From positions 110,050,001 to 110,114,000 of the forward strand of contig OZ024741.1 of NCBI GenBank assembly GCA_964016885.1: a DNA stretch of 64,000 nucleotides, given 5' to 3'. Source of the stretch: Eledone cirrhosa (lineage: Eukaryota). Shown piece by piece: positions 26,029 to 41,796 of the stretch; positions within the stretch are counted from its first letter, which is position 1; each line of letters begins with the position of its first letter. The translations under genes were made by a program, and so were the position numbers. The notes beneath the pieces were generated by a model that was not told the origin of the DNA, searched no databases, and worked only from the letters and a program-made list of their open reading frames with translations.

Positions 26029-26115
<87 letters not shown>

Positions 26116-26198
26116 TATATACACAAAAATCAGAGTACGCAGTCCGTGGAAGGAGTTATGGTGTACAAAGAAATATAAGTACTACAACGAAGTCATAA

Positions 26199-26247
26199 GG
26201 CAGATACTCAAGTTTCGATAGCCTTACGCCAACTCATTTAGTCTACC
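26199..26247 (-). ncRNA. degenerate type I hammerhead
   Basis: rc GGTAGA-CTAAATGA-GTTGGC-gtaag-GCTATC-GAAA-CTTGAG-TA-TCTGCC. Confidence 0.6.
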
Positions 26248-26289
26248 ATTTTATAATAGTAAATGGTATATACTGATTCACACACGCAC

Positions 26290-26427
<138 letters not shown>

Positions 26428-26439
26428 CTTTCTATCTAT

Positions 26440-26900
26440 CTAGGGTGGGTAAAATTCCCGAGACCCATGGACGAGTCTTTCCAGCGGTCTCTGTCCTTCA
26501 TCATCGCCTGCGTCTCCCAGAGACCAATGTCTGTCCTTAGTGCATCAATATCTGTCAACCTTGGTCTCCCTCTTCTAGTGTGTCTATGTTGAGGCTCCCA
26601 CAGGAGCACTGGGTGCAGTGTCAACTCTGAATGTCGGTGAGCATGTGCAGCTAACCTCAGTCTCCTCTGTTACTTTCGAGATGACTTTTGGGAGGCTCCC
26701 GTACAGCTTTGAGTTCTTCATCCTCAGTGTATACCGATTAATGTTCAGAGCCATCCTCAGCATTTTCGTGTAGCATCCATCCTCCATCTGAGTGAGTTTC
26801 TTGGTCAGTGTCCAAATTTCAGACATGTACAGTAGCACAGACTCCACTGTAGCAACGAAGAGGCGGATCTTCAGGTCTTTACGGATCGGACATCCACACC
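26440..26900 (-). pseudogene. RTE LINE 3' fragment
   Basis: VESVLLYMSEIWTLTKKL..DGCYTKMLRMALNI; LLWEPQH..RRGRPRLT. Confidence 0.8.
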
Positions 26901-27279
26901 GATCTCAAACTGTGTATATATGTATGTATGTATGTTTGTACGTATGTATATATGTATGTATGTTTGTACGTATGTATATATGTATGCATGTATGTATGTA
27001 TGTAAGTATGTATGTATATAAGTACGTATGTATGAATGCATGTATCTATGTATGTATGTAAGTATGTATGTATGTATATAAGTACGTATGTATGTATGCA
27101 TGTATCTATGTATGTATGTATGTAAGTATGTATGTATATTAGTACGTATGTATGTATGCATGTATCTATGTATGTATGTAAGGTATGTATGTATGTATAT
27201 AAGTCCGTATGTATGTATGCATGTATATATGTATGTATGTAAGTATGTATGTATATAAGTACGTATGTATGTATGCATG

Positions 27280-27313
<34 letters not shown>

Positions 27314-27673
27314 TGTATGTATGTATGTATGTATGCATATATGTTTACATGTATGTATTTCTGTATTTTACATAAGTAAAATCCTCCGATGGGATCTTAC
27401 AGAATTTCAATATACTGTAGCTAAACATGCATCGACAAATCGTGTAACTAGCCTGATCTGTTCACACACATACACTCGCACACATACACATTTACATACA
27501 CACACACATATACATATGTGTCGCGTGTGTGTGTGTGTGTGTGTGCATGTGTATGTATGTATTCGGTGTTTTCATAGACTATTTTTTAACTAAAATATTA
27601 CACTTCTTTCCCAAAACACCTCTCTATATATTTATTAACCTTTTTGGAACTCTCCCTCTATCCCCTTCTCTAC

Positions 27674-27793
<120 letters not shown>

Positions 27794-27929
27794 TATATGT
27801 GTGTGTGTGAGTGTGTGTGTGTGTGTGTTATAATGAAGTATGTTGAAGAATCTATAATCAGACATGTCTAGTCCCTCGTTGATGGATCGCCGATCTCTGT
27901 ATTTTTCAGTAAACTGACATATATGATGA

Positions 27930-28072
27930 TGTGGTGGTGGTGGTGGTGGTGGTGCTGGTGGTGGTGCTGGTGGTGGTGGTGGTGCTGGTGGTGGTGGTGG
28001 TGCTGGTGGTGGTGGTGGTGCTGGTGGTGGTGGTGGTGGTGCTGGTGGTAGTGGTGGTGGTGGTGCTGGTGG

Positions 28073-28103
<31 letters not shown>

Positions 28104-28278
28104 GCTGGTGGTGGTGTGGTGGTGGTGGTGGTGGTGGTGCTGGTGGTGGTGGTGGTGGTGCTGGTGGTGGTGGTGCTGGTGGTGCTGGTGCTGGTGGTGG
28201 TGGTGGTGCTGGTGGTGGTGGTGGTGGTGGTGGTGGTGGTGGGTGGTGGTGGTGCTGGTGGTGGTGGTGCTGGTGGTG
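27930..28278 (+). repeat. (GGT)n/(GCT) microsatellite
   Basis: direct. Confidence 0.95.
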
Positions 28279-28377
28279 GAGTTGAGAAAAATGCTTTGGG
28301 TTTATAGAAAGAAAAACAGATACAATGCAAACAATGGATTAGCAAGCATGCTTATACCAAACTATATATACACCCCA

Positions 28378-28426
<49 letters not shown>

Positions 28427-28579
28427 CTCAATGCGTCAAGTAAAAAGTAAATGAAATAGTTAATATCACATTAGTATTCTATTTTGCAGTTTCTTTCCTT
28501 CGAGCAACGACAACCATCAGATAATGGCAGTATGGATGTACAAATATGTTTCCAATACTACGGCACAATACATCGTATT

Positions 28580-28852
28580 TAGAAGAAGAAGAAGAAGAAG
28601 AAGAAGAAGAAGAAGAAGAGGGGGAGGAAGAGGAGGAGGGGGAGGAGAAGAAGAAGAAGAAGAAGAAGAAGAAGAAGAAGAAGAAGAAGAAGAAGAAGAA
28701 GAAGAGGGGGAGGAAGAGAAGAAGAAGAAGAAGAAGAAGAAGAAGAAGAAGAAGAAGAGGGGGAGGAAGAGGAGGAGGAGGAGGAGGAGAAGAAGAAGAA
28801 GAAGAAGAAGAAGAAGAAGAAGAAGAAGAAGAAGAAGAAGAAGAAGAAGAAG
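28580..28852 (+). repeat. (GAA)n/(GGA)n purine tract
   Basis: direct. Confidence 0.95.
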
Positions 28853-28854
28853 AC

Positions 28855-29165
28855 ATTGATGTAAAACCTGCTACTCGATGGTAGCCAATGATGTTGACCT
28901 ATTCTTCTTTTGGATACCTGTCACCGTTGTTCAGAGAGTGGGGTTGGTCCAGTGCAAGGCCTTTGTTCACTTTAAAACGCTCCAAGCACAGGCATCGCTT
29001 AATCTAAACAACTTTCACGCGTGTTGCGTAAGCATGACCTTTTCGTTTTTTCTTAGGCTGCAACATATGCTGAAAGGAATCTAAGTCCTTGGAGCGCTAA
29101 AAGGTCGTGTTCGTGTCACCCATGTATGAGAAAAATATCAAGGATGGAAATTCTTGAAAATGAGA
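28855..29165 (+). mobile_element. older relative of the non-autonomous RTE derivative
   Basis: atggtagccaatgatgttgacctattcttctttt...agagagtgggg..gcacaggcat aligns to 2436-2552. Confidence 0.6.
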
Positions 29166-29170
29166 TCCCA

Positions 29171-29349
29171 TGGCAGTATCGGTAGAGGGTCGGACGCCAT
29201 GCTTTCAGCATAGTTACGTCCCTTTACGATCTGAGTTCAAATCCCGCCGAGGTTGACTTTGCCTTTCATCCTTACGGGGTCGATAAAATAAAGTACCAGT
29301 AATGCACTGGGTAATTGCTGGCCTTGTGCCTAAAGTAGAAACAATTATT
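29171..29349 (+). mobile_element. SINE S1
   Basis: full-length match. Confidence 0.85.
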
Positions 29350-29531
29350 GATATTAATATGTTTCTGTGTATTTTTGTTCTATTTTTTGTATTGATTTAA
29401 GTTTTCCTGCAGAATCAAAGTCGGCCACTAACAAAGAAATATATTATATGTTATATATTTGGGTTAAAACAGTTCTAAGGATTGGTGCATATGTGAGAAT
29501 GTACATAATATAGGTGTATATACGAGTCTCT

Positions 29532-29611
<80 letters not shown>

Positions 29612-29693
29612 TTCTATCTCCATGTACGTATATATTTACATATGTATATATGTATGTATATTATATGTGTGTATGCATGTATGTATATATGCA

Positions 29694-29756
<63 letters not shown>

Positions 29757-29821
29757 CTCTGCTCTGCGCGAGCATCGAGTGCTCACTCGGCATACATATG
29801 TATAGGTATATATATGTATAT

Positions 29822-29882
<61 letters not shown>

Positions 29883-29899
29883 TAGATAGATATATATAT

Positions 29900-30103
29900 A
29901 TATTGTTATACTTTGGGAGGGTCATGTTGCCAATAAGAAACACACGCACCAGTTGCTTTCACTTCAATTTATTATAATAAATTGAAGTGAAAGCAACTGG
30001 TGCGTGTGTTTCTTATTGGCAACATGACCCTCCCAAAGTATAACAATATCGGTTTCAACACACGTTTACAGATAAAGAATCTTGCTAAACAAATTCAGAA
30101 ACG

Positions 30104-30105
<2 letters not shown>
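29900..30105. mobile_element. perfect ~150 bp palindrome of the PLE3-family tail
   Basis: centre tttattataataaa at ~29974; same sequence as 44991-45065 and 46045-46175. Confidence 0.85.
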
Positions 30106-30826
<721 letters not shown>

Positions 30827-30847
30827 TTAGCGTCTGTATGCGAAAAG

Positions 30848-30880
30848 ACAACGTTTCGGAGGTTAGCCCTTCATCAGAAG
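30848..30880 (-). ncRNA. hammerhead core, stem I not supported
   Basis: rc CTGATGA-AGGGCTAACCTCC-GAAACGTT. Confidence 0.5.
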
Positions 30881-31235
30881 ATAGAACGAGAGGCAGAAGA
30901 AATAGAAAAATATATGAGAGTAAGACGAGTAAGAAACGGAAACAAATGTTCTACCAAAAGAAAGCACGTGTTTATTCACCCATTTCGGAGAAATTCATAT
31001 ATGTGTGTATGTATGTATGTATGTATGTATGTATGTATGTATGTATGTATGTATGTATGTATGTATGTATATGCATGAATGTATGTAGGTAAGTACGTAG
31101 TAGATAGGTAAGTAGATAGGTTGGGAGTTAGGTAGGTAGGTAGGTATGAAGGCATGCGCGTGCTTATGTATGAACATGTTTGTGGATGTATGCTTGTGTA
31201 TACATAGGTATATATATGTACATATATAAACGTAC

Positions 31236-31277
<42 letters not shown>

Positions 31278-31280
<3 letters not shown>

Positions 31281-31475
31281 CGAAGGAAATGTGGTAAGGA
31301 ACCAGATGGACCATAACGCACCAGAGTACTCAATACTTAGAGTAGTAGAGTGGATAATAGGAAAATGCTCAAGACCCCGACAGCAGAGCTCAAGCCGTTT
31401 GACGGCTATTTCTGTACTGAAATAGCCGTCGAAACGGTTTGAGCTCTGCCCTAGGGGTCTTGAATATTTTCCTAT
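31278..31475. mobile_element. fold-back PLE terminus hinged on HHR stem II
   Basis: palindrome 31357-31475 centred on GACGGCTATTTC-tgtact-GAAATAGCCGTC, followed by GAAACGG. Confidence 0.75.
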
Positions 31476-31741
31476 ATATATATATATATCTACATACATA
31501 TACTTATGTGCATACGTACAGTGAGGTTTGAGGAGGGAGAAAGCGATGAAAGGCTATCTTAAAGTGTACGTATGTATATGAATATGTGTGATGTGTGTGT
31601 GTGTCTCTCTCTCTCCTCCCTCTCTCTCTCTCACCCCCCCCCCCCTCTCTCTCTCTGTACGTGTGTGCGTGTATTTATTTGTGCGTCTATGCATGTGATT
31701 ATATAAACTTACTGCAACATAGACTAATCCAGCACTCCCAT

Positions 31742-31778
<37 letters not shown>

Positions 31779-31787
31779 TACACACAC

Positions 31788-31859
<72 letters not shown>

Positions 31860-32218
31860 CTATATATATATATATATACACACACATATCCCTTGCCGAT
31901 TGCTGCCAACTTTGATTAGAACACTGGACGCCAGTTTTCCTGTGTGCCTCTGTTTGTACTGCCTAAGTCTGGCGACATAGGGGCACCTCATTAATTGATA
32001 CAGAGATTACAAACACCCCGACTCTACACCACACCTATCTTGAGATGAGCTAACCTCGCCATCTCTGCATGTTTGATCCATTTGCTAGATATAGCAGCCA
32101 AATATATATCAAATAATATCCATTTTAATCAGAAGGACACTTTGGAGAACATAGTCCTAGAGTATACCATAAATATATAACTGTATATATACTTCAACAG
32201 CATTATAATCAAAGTGTG

Positions 32219-32400
32219 TGGCAGTATCGGTAGAGGGTCGGACGCTATGCTTTGACGCATAGAGTTACGGCCCTTGCCATTCTGAGTTCAAATCCCGCCG
32301 CGGTTAACTTTGCCTTTCATCCTTACAGGGTCGATAAAATAAAGTACCAGTAATGCACTGGGATAATTGCTGGCCTTGTGCCAAAAGTAGAAACAATTAT
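32219..32400 (+). mobile_element. SINE S1 with ~18 bp target-site duplication
   Basis: attataatcaaagtgtgt at 32202 and 32396. Confidence 0.9.
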
Positions 32401-32481
32401 AATCAAAGTGTGTATACATTCTGAGGGGGACGCCCTGTATATATGTATGTGTGTGTGTGTACGCATTCTTATGTATGTACG

Positions 32482-32512
<31 letters not shown>

Positions 32513-32599
32513 CTACGTGTGTATATATATAACCAGAAAATAGAGATATCACTTTAACATGTTTATTCCATTGTTGTTGTTGTTATCATTATTATTATA

Positions 32600-32900
32600 G
32601 AGCAGTATAGGACAACATGCTTTGCAGCATATAGTTACGTCCCTGTAGTTCTGTTTTTAGTTCAAATCACGCCGAGGTTAGCTTCTATTCTTACGCGCTT
32701 GATAATATAATTGTTTCTACTTTTGGCACAAGGCCAGAAATTACCTAGTACATTACTGGTACTTTATTTTATCGACGCCGTAAGGATGAAAGGCAAAGTT
32801 AACCTCGGCGGGATTTGAACTCAGACCCACACTGAAATCGATTTCATCAACTTTCCCCTTCCATTCAAATTGCTGGCCTTGTGCCAAATGTATAAGCAAA
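32600..32900. mobile_element. nested SINE S1 copies in opposite orientation
   Basis: minus copy 32709-32827 inside a degenerate plus copy. Confidence 0.65.
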
Positions 32901-32984
32901 TATTATTACGGTTGTTTTGTGGTTTTGTTGTTGTAGTAGTTGTTTTTGTTTGATTGTTTGATTTGTAGTTGTTATTATTATTAT

Positions 32985-33375
32985 TGCTCGTGGTCTACAT
33001 CTGGGTCTCCTGCCAGTAGGTTTTGCCCGTAAAATTTGTCCAGTGATTTTCTTAGATCTTCTAACCGCATGCCCGTATTTGGAGAAGTAGTGACTCTACT
33101 TGGAGCGACTCCATGCTCTCCGAGCAACGCATTCTATCAAGTAAGGTTGCTCCAAAAGTCCTTCAGAGGATATTCATTTCGGTCACTTGTATTCGCGATC
33201 GTATTCTTTCAGTCATTACCCAAGATTCATAACCACCCTTCTTTGGATGGCCGTGTGCTGAAGATGGCACATTTGTGCAACAGCTCCAGCTATTCTTGCA
33301 TTTAATTCAGCCGGAAAGAGTGCTTGAGGATTCTGCCCCCACGTCTCTCTCAAGAATAAGTGGGCAGGAGAAGAG
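32985..33375. mobile_element. RTE 3' fragment with 5' inversion
   Basis: minus strand YGHAVRRSKKITGQILRAKPTGRRPR; plus-strand tail ctgccccc..caagaataagt as at 3623-3651. Confidence 0.5.
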
Positions 33376-33484
33376 GAGGGGGGGGGGGGGAGAAGCCAAA
33401 AAATGGAAAAATTATAAAATATATAAAGATCTGGAGATAGAAATAACCTGAAGGGGTATGATGAAAACAGAAAAAAACCTATAA

Positions 33485-34165
33485 TGGTTTCTTATATAGG
33501 CACAAGGCCAGCAATTTTGAGGGAGGGGAAAGTCGATTTAATCGACCCAGTCCGTGACTGGTACTTTATTTTATCAACCCCGTGAGAATGAAAGACAAAG
33601 TTAACCTTGGCGGGATTTGAACTCAGATCATAAAGGGCCGTAACTCTATGCTGCAAAGCATGGCGTCCGACTCTCTACCGATACTGCCAATCCACCGCGC
33701 TAGAAACAATACCTATAATAAAGGGCGGTAACTCTTCACTGCAAAGCCTGGCGTCCGACAATAATGATGATAATAATGGTTTCCGATTTAGGCACAAGGC
33801 CAGCAATTTGGGGGAAGGGAAAGTCGATTAAATCAATTCCAGTACATTACTGGTACTTTATTTTATCGTCTTCGTAAGGATGAAAGCTAACCTCGTCGAA
33901 ATTTGTATTCAGAACGTAAAGAGATGTAACTCTATGCTGCAAAACAGATTTCCGACGCTCTACCGATACTGCCAATCCATCACCCTTATATTAATAATAA
34001 TTGTTTCTACTTTTGGCACAAGGCCAGCAATTAACCCAGTGCATTACTGGTACTTTATTTCATCGACCTGGTAAGGATGAAAGGCAAAGTTAACCTCGGC
34101 CGGATTTAAACTCATAACTCTATGCTGCACAGCATTGCATCTGACGCTCTACCGATACTGCCATA
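33485..34165 (-). mobile_element. cluster of three to four SINE S1 copies
   Basis: repeated ggcacaaggccagcaat...taccgatactgcca. Confidence 0.85.
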
Positions 34166-34175
34166 CTAATAATGA

Positions 34176-34209
<34 letters not shown>

Positions 34210-34374
34210 GGTGGTGGTGGTGGTGGTGGTGGTGGTGGTGGTGGTGGTGATGGTGGTGGTGGATGATAATTACAAAATGGATTAAAATCAAGTAGAAAGA
34301 CGCTTGATGAATCTTCGTTGTATTTCCGGTGATAGTATAGTCTGCTTGTCTGGATTATACAACGAATACATTAA

Positions 34375-34535
34375 CACCACCTCCACCACAGATCACTAAC
34401 TTAACCGCCACCACCTCCACCACAGATCACTAACTTAACCGCCACCACCTCCACCACAGATCACTAACTTAACCGCCACCACAGATCACTAACTTAACCG
34501 CCACCACCACCACCACCACAGATCACTAACTCCAT
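34375..34535 (+). repeat. 34 bp minisatellite
   Basis: caccacctccaccacagatcactaacttaaccgc, ~4.5 copies. Confidence 0.9.
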
Positions 34536-34576
34536 CGCCACCCCCACCACAATGTATATGTATATATATGCATGAA

Positions 34577-34669
<93 letters not shown>

Positions 34670-34762
34670 GTATATATGTACACATATATACATACATGCA
34701 AATATATGTGGGTGTGAATGTATATGCATAATTTTATGTATGTATATTTGTAAATTTCTGTG

Positions 34763-34793
<31 letters not shown>

Positions 34794-34839
34794 ATGTGTG
34801 TATGTGTGTGTGCGTGTGCGTGTGTGTGTATATAAGTAA

Positions 34840-35199
34840 GTATGTATGATGTATGTATGTATGTATGTATGTGTGTATGTATGTATGTATGTGTGTACGT
34901 ATGTATGTATATACGTATGTATGTAGGCATGTATATATGTATGTATGTATTTATGTATGTGTGTATATATATATATATATGTATGTATATATGTATGTAT
35001 ATATGTATTTATGCACGTATGTATGTGTATATATATATATACATACATATATATGTATGTATGTATGTATGTATATATATATGTATGTATGTATATATAT
35101 ATGTATGTATGTATATATGTATGTATGTATATATGTATGTATGTATATATGTATGTATATATGTATGTATGTATATATATATGTATGTATATATATATG

Positions 35200-35231
<32 letters not shown>

Positions 35232-35555
35232 TGTATGTATATATATATATGTATGTATGTATATATATATGTATGTATGTATATATATATGTATGTATAT
35301 ATATATGTATGTATGTATATATATATATATGTATGTATGTATATATATATGTATGTATGTATATATATATGTATGTATATATATATGTATGTATGTATAT
35401 ATATATGTATGTATGTATATATATATATATATGTATGTATATATATACGTATGTATGTATATATATGTATGTATGTATATATATGTATGTATGTATATAT
35501 ATGTATGTATGTATATATATGTATGTATGTATATATATGTATGTATGTATGTATG
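34840..35555 (+). repeat. compound (TATG)n/(TA)n microsatellite, one of dozens in the window
   Basis: direct. Confidence 0.95.
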
Positions 35556-36045
35556 CTGACATATAAAACAAACAGCCACTGTGGTCGGCTTCACCTCAAT
35601 AAAATATAGTAGTGAGATCCTGAGAATCTCTTGGATTGATTCCAAAGAGGGAGACAGCGAGGGAGTGGGAAAGAGAGTATGGGAGAGTAGAGGGAGATTG
35701 AGAGGGAGTGGGAAAGAGAGGGAGGAAAGAGAGTATGGAAGAGTAGAGAGGCTGGAGAGGGAAAGAATCGAAGATAGAGAGGGGGAGAGAGAGAGGAGAA
35801 GGAACGAGAAATTGAGGAGCCGACTTTATGAAGTGGGACCTGATAATCCGAATGCATTGCTCCTTAATCGATAGCCTATAGGTGAGGGGTCAGGCTGTCA
35901 AAACTATAATTTTACTGCCTTCCCCCGCCACCCCCTTTAACATCGGCTGTCATCGTCCTAGCGTAAATCACATCTTCAAACACTTCATTATATATAACAC
36001 ACACAACGCACACACGAACACACATACATATGTACTTATTTACCC

Positions 36046-36120
<75 letters not shown>

Positions 36121-36138
36121 TATATAAATAAATAAATG

Positions 36139-36181
<43 letters not shown>

Positions 36182-36232
36182 TATATGCATGTATCATATA
36201 TATATATATAATATATACATGTATCAAATATG

Positions 36233-36264
<32 letters not shown>

Positions 36265-36893
36265 GTAATAATAATAAATTTGAAGTCTAAATATATATAT
36301 GTATGTGTATATATATATATTTATCTGATACATGTATATATATATATATATATATAAATGTATACATATATATATATCATATATACATATATCATATATA
36401 TATATATATATATATACATACATACACACACACACATATATATATATATCCTTATATACGAGAGTTTGAATGCATGCGTGTATGTATACATTGTAGTTTA
36501 TAGTAATTTATTGATGTTCTTAGCGATATTAACAGCTAAATTTATTAACTTATAAATACACATATACAAACATATATGTTGTGTGTGTGTGTGTTTTAAA
36601 ATGTGGGTATACCACACGCACAAAATGACTATTACAATAACCGGTCAGTATAAATATTAGCTGAGAAAACCAAGTAGAATACTCCTATAGACAGGAAAGG
36701 TGGCCAGCAGCTTTTTCCAATATGTCTGTTGTCCACTTTTTTTCATGTCTAAGGGTATTTTACCCAATTTTCTCAACTTTTATTTATAGTGATAGACTGT
36801 TATTACAGTTTCTTTTCTGAGTATAGGATTCCTGCATTTTCAAATTTCAAATCACTCAATACCTCAATAATTTATAATACACACACACACATA

Positions 36894-37256
<363 letters not shown>

Positions 37257-37959
37257 GTTTAGATCGATATCCAGTGATATACATATTGCGTGTGTATGTA
37301 TAAGCATATATATATATGCATGCACTCACACACACATGTATATATATATATTTATGTTAATTTTCCAACAACTTTTATTTTCGTTTGTTGCCCGATACCA
37401 TATCTCCTGGATGCAGCAAATATTTCATATCTTTGGTACATATTTGCAGCTACACAGACTGGGTCACTCGAGTTTGTTTGCCCGACACAAGCAATATAAA
37501 TTAAGATCAGTAAGTGGTATTTCTTTTTGTTGCTGTTGTTGTTATTAGACATCTGTCGGTTCCGACGACGTGTCTTACAGTCTTTCGAACAACGGAATTG
37601 CCTGCTCGTGAAATTAACTTGCAAGTGGCTGAGCATTCCATAGAAATATGCACTTTTAACAATAAGACTGGGAAATCCTGACTCTAATACTTTAGATCAT
37701 ATGTCTGTTTGATCATAGCTAACATGTGTTAAAAGTAAAACGTTAAACGACTCTTAACTCCTAATTGAGTCGCAGAGGTGCTGTTCTGACACCTATGTTG
37801 GGTGTTTTAAACCTGGCGAAATCAATCCTTCCCCAGGTCGGAACATAGCCGACTTCTTCCATAGAAAGAAAAAAAAAGAGAGATACTGTTTCAAGAAAAC
37901 ATCTACCCCAGTATTGAACCGGTACTTTATTTATCGACCGCGAAAGAAAGCAAAACAAC

Positions 37960-38255
37960 AAAGCCACTAAAATGTAAGGGTATACTGAGAAGGGAAAAGG
38001 CCAGGACTGAGAGGACATAATTCAAGAAAAGAGAGGGAGGGGATTGGTGTTGCTTTTGAATTTTTGCAAATTATAGTGGTCAGAAAAGCTAGAAGTTGAA
38101 GGGGAAAGATATGCGAGAGAAGAAAACATCAAAATAAAATTTGCAATTACACTTAAGAACTTCAACAGTAAAAGATGAGACGTGACCGCCAATCTGGTGC
38201 TCCGTTTAATCTAGTGAAGACGAAGCAACAAAGAGGAAATCTCATCAGAACAGTT
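37960..38255 (-). mobile_element. decayed CR1/L2-group LINE 3' end
   Basis: rc NCSDEISSL..RSTRLA..SHLFTV..YNLQKFK-like remnants. Confidence 0.35.
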
Positions 38256-39297
38256 CGTTAACATATGACTGGTTCAAAGCGCCTCGTCAATGTGACTGGT
38301 TCAAAGTGCCTAGTCGATATCTCGTAGCGGCCGATGGCAACTTCTTTTTCCGCCTTTAAGAGTCTTTACTCTATTTTATAAACTATTTTATAGCATCTCC
38401 GCGCATGAACATATCACTCTTTATACTAACTTTATCCCCTCAGCACTTCGTAAAAGAGATCGTCTACGTAAACAAAACCTTGTTTATAGGTGAACAACCG
38501 ATAAATGTATGAATGATATGTTCAACATTCAGTGTCGTTGATATAGTACGAACCAAAGACCTCAAAGATTGCAGTCTAACACTATATCAATAGCAAGATA
38601 TGTGGCTTTCTTGTCAATTTGATCAAGCTAACTGTTGAAATAAATATGCCAAAACTTTGCTCTAGAAACTATCATTTTCTCCCATTCATGTATTTAGCAA
38701 TCAAAAAGAGAGATCAATGTGTAATTATGGTGTTCATAGGCCAATCTGTGGTGCCGTCGTTAATGTTGGTCTAAATATAAACATGGAACCACCATTGATC
38801 GGTACTACCATGTTCAGCCTCTTTGAGAAAACACAATACAGCTTGATTTTAAGCAAAGCTGAAATCACACATGTCTATCAACTGTTAGTCAATATAGTGT
38901 GTGTGTGTATGTGTGCATACGTGTATATGTACATGGTGAGTATTTATGTGAGTGCGCACGTTTGTGTGTGCTTGTGTGTGTTCGTTTGTGTGTGTGTGTG
39001 TGTGCCTGTGTGTATGCGCGCGTCTGTGCATGTGTGTGTGTGCATACATGTATATATGTATGTGTGTGCATGTAAGCATGCATTTGAGTGTATGTATGTG
39101 CGTGTGTGAGTGAAAGAGTGTGTGTATGTGTGTGTGTTCATTGAAATTTATCGAAGTTCTTTGCAGAATTCAAACAAGTCACTAACAACACGTTGTGTCC
39201 TTGAGCAAGACACTTTATTTCACGTTGCACCAATCCACTCAGCTGGCAAAAATGAGTTGCTCCTGTAATTCGCAGGGCTAGCCATATTACATTTAAT

Positions 39298-39376
39298 GAC
39301 ACATAGACACATAAATAAGAACATACACTTGTATATATATACAAGTGTATGTTCTTATTTATGTGTCTATGTGTCG
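39298..39376. repeat. perfect ~78 bp palindrome centred on (TA)n
   Basis: gacacatagacacataaataagaacatacacttgtata / reverse complement. Confidence 0.9.
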
Positions 39377-40307
39377 TGTATATGCTTGTTAAACGAAAGC
39401 CAAAGATGCTTGCTTTGGCAACCTCCACGTTCAAGATTCGAGCCCAGTGGGTGGCGCCTTGAGCAAGTGTCATCTTCAATAATCTCCAGTCAACCTAAGC
39501 TATTCAATTGAAATTAATTAGAGGAAGACCATCAGATGTTTCTTACCTGTATGTCAAATGACCAGCTGTGAAACAGTGTCACACTCTTGGACATTAAGTT
39601 AAGAGTACATGTGTCTGTGGACTACTCAGCCATTTGCATATGATGTCACAGTAATTTACATACTGTGTAAAACTGCTTCTGGATTACTTGACGAGTACAC
39701 GTGTTTGTGGAATATTCAACCATTCGCACTTGAATTTCGTGAGCAGGTGGTTCTGATGTTCAAACAACTTGAACATTCATAACAGAACTGCATTATCGAC
39801 CCTGTCTTTCCCTTTTAAAAGAAATCAGTGTGTATTTTGAGTGAGGTTCTCGGCTGTTATTTTTAGCAGCTTGAGCAATATCCACATTGAAGCCAACCCT
39901 TTTTCTCGTTGCTATTATTGTTGACGTGGTTTTATATAAAAAAACACCGACATTTACGAGAACTTACTCAGCACAATTGGTCAAGCCAACAACCATGCGG
40001 TCTATTTCCCTATGTTGTTTTCTGAACATATATATTAGTAAATAGCAGCATCCATGGGTTGCCAGTGAACATGCCCTACCATTTCTAGACGAGTAGATAG
40101 GTAAAGGGGTGGGAGTATGTGTGTCCTACATAATTTAATAGGTGCACATTTGAGCTCTTAATACAGACAACACCCTAGAGTACTCAGGATGGAGCAGCTA
40201 TGGAATCAAATGTATAACATATTTTGTAAATAATAAAACAGCAGTTTATAGCCGTGTGAAAATAAATACACTCCATACACACACATACACATTTATATAT
40301 ATATATC

Positions 40308-40381
<74 letters not shown>

Positions 40382-40384
40382 AAC

Positions 40385-40415
<31 letters not shown>

Positions 40416-40499
40416 CATATATATATATATATAAATATATATATGTGTGTGCGTGTGTGTGTATCTATATATATTTGTATATCATATATATGTTTATAT

Positions 40500-40570
<71 letters not shown>

Positions 40571-41080
40571 CACACATACGCCCACACACACTCAGGCACA
40601 CACGTACACAAAATAACACAAACACAAAATACCTAATTTAGAATTTATTGCTTCTATAAAATGCTGGTAAGAAATTCTATTTAAAAAAGGAGCCAGATTT
40701 GCCCCCTTATTGAGTGTAGTATAGTGTAATAAACACATAGAGGTTACCTTCTTCATAATGCCGGGGGGCACTGGATGTGGCCCCTTCAGTAGGGAGCAAA
40801 AAATGTAATAAAATCCCCGGGATTACATTTTCTATAAGTCACATACATACTCACACACAAACATATGTATATATATACAGGCACACATGCACACTCGCCC
40901 CCTTTTATATATATATATATATATATATATACTTACACATACATATACAGAGATATTAAGTATATATATGTATATATATGTGTGTATGTATATATATATA
41001 TATATATACATATATAAATATACACACATATACAGTGATAACAAAACGAAGTTTGACATTAGTGTTATCTCTCTCTCTCA

Positions 41081-41254
<174 letters not shown>

Positions 41255-41796
41255 GCAGAGAAGGGGCATAATGAAAAGAATAAATATATAGAAGATTAAA
41301 ATAGCCTGTACAAAGTACATTACATGCGAAAAGTAATAAAAATAACGAAAAGAAGTTTTTCCATACAAAATGATATTTTTTTGTTTTTGTACTGACGGAT
41401 TTTGCTCTGAGTTCTCTTTCAAACTTTCTTGCATTTATACCGCTATTGCGTATTTTTAAGTACGTATCGCTAAGTGTATTTTACATATACAAACATACAC
41501 ATTTATGTACAGACATTCATACATTCATTATGGCTTCATCTGGATTTTGAGAATTGTATCATTTGATCCGCTTCTCACACATGGGTGGCACAAACATGCT
41601 TTTTTCTCCCTGTCATTCCTTCCTAGATATCCTACAGCAGAAAACAAAAACTGAAAAATCTAACCTTCTTAGGCTATGTCCAACTGTGTTTATGCAACAC
41701 AAATGAAATATGTTTAGGTCAATTGATACCAGTCCTTGAAGCTTTTTTAAGTGAGAAAAGGTCTTGTATTACATACATGCATACTACATACATACA

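Noticed and set aside
34375-34535. CRISPR-like 34 bp periodicity
   Set aside because: No unique spacers and no cas genes; an ordinary eukaryotic minisatellite
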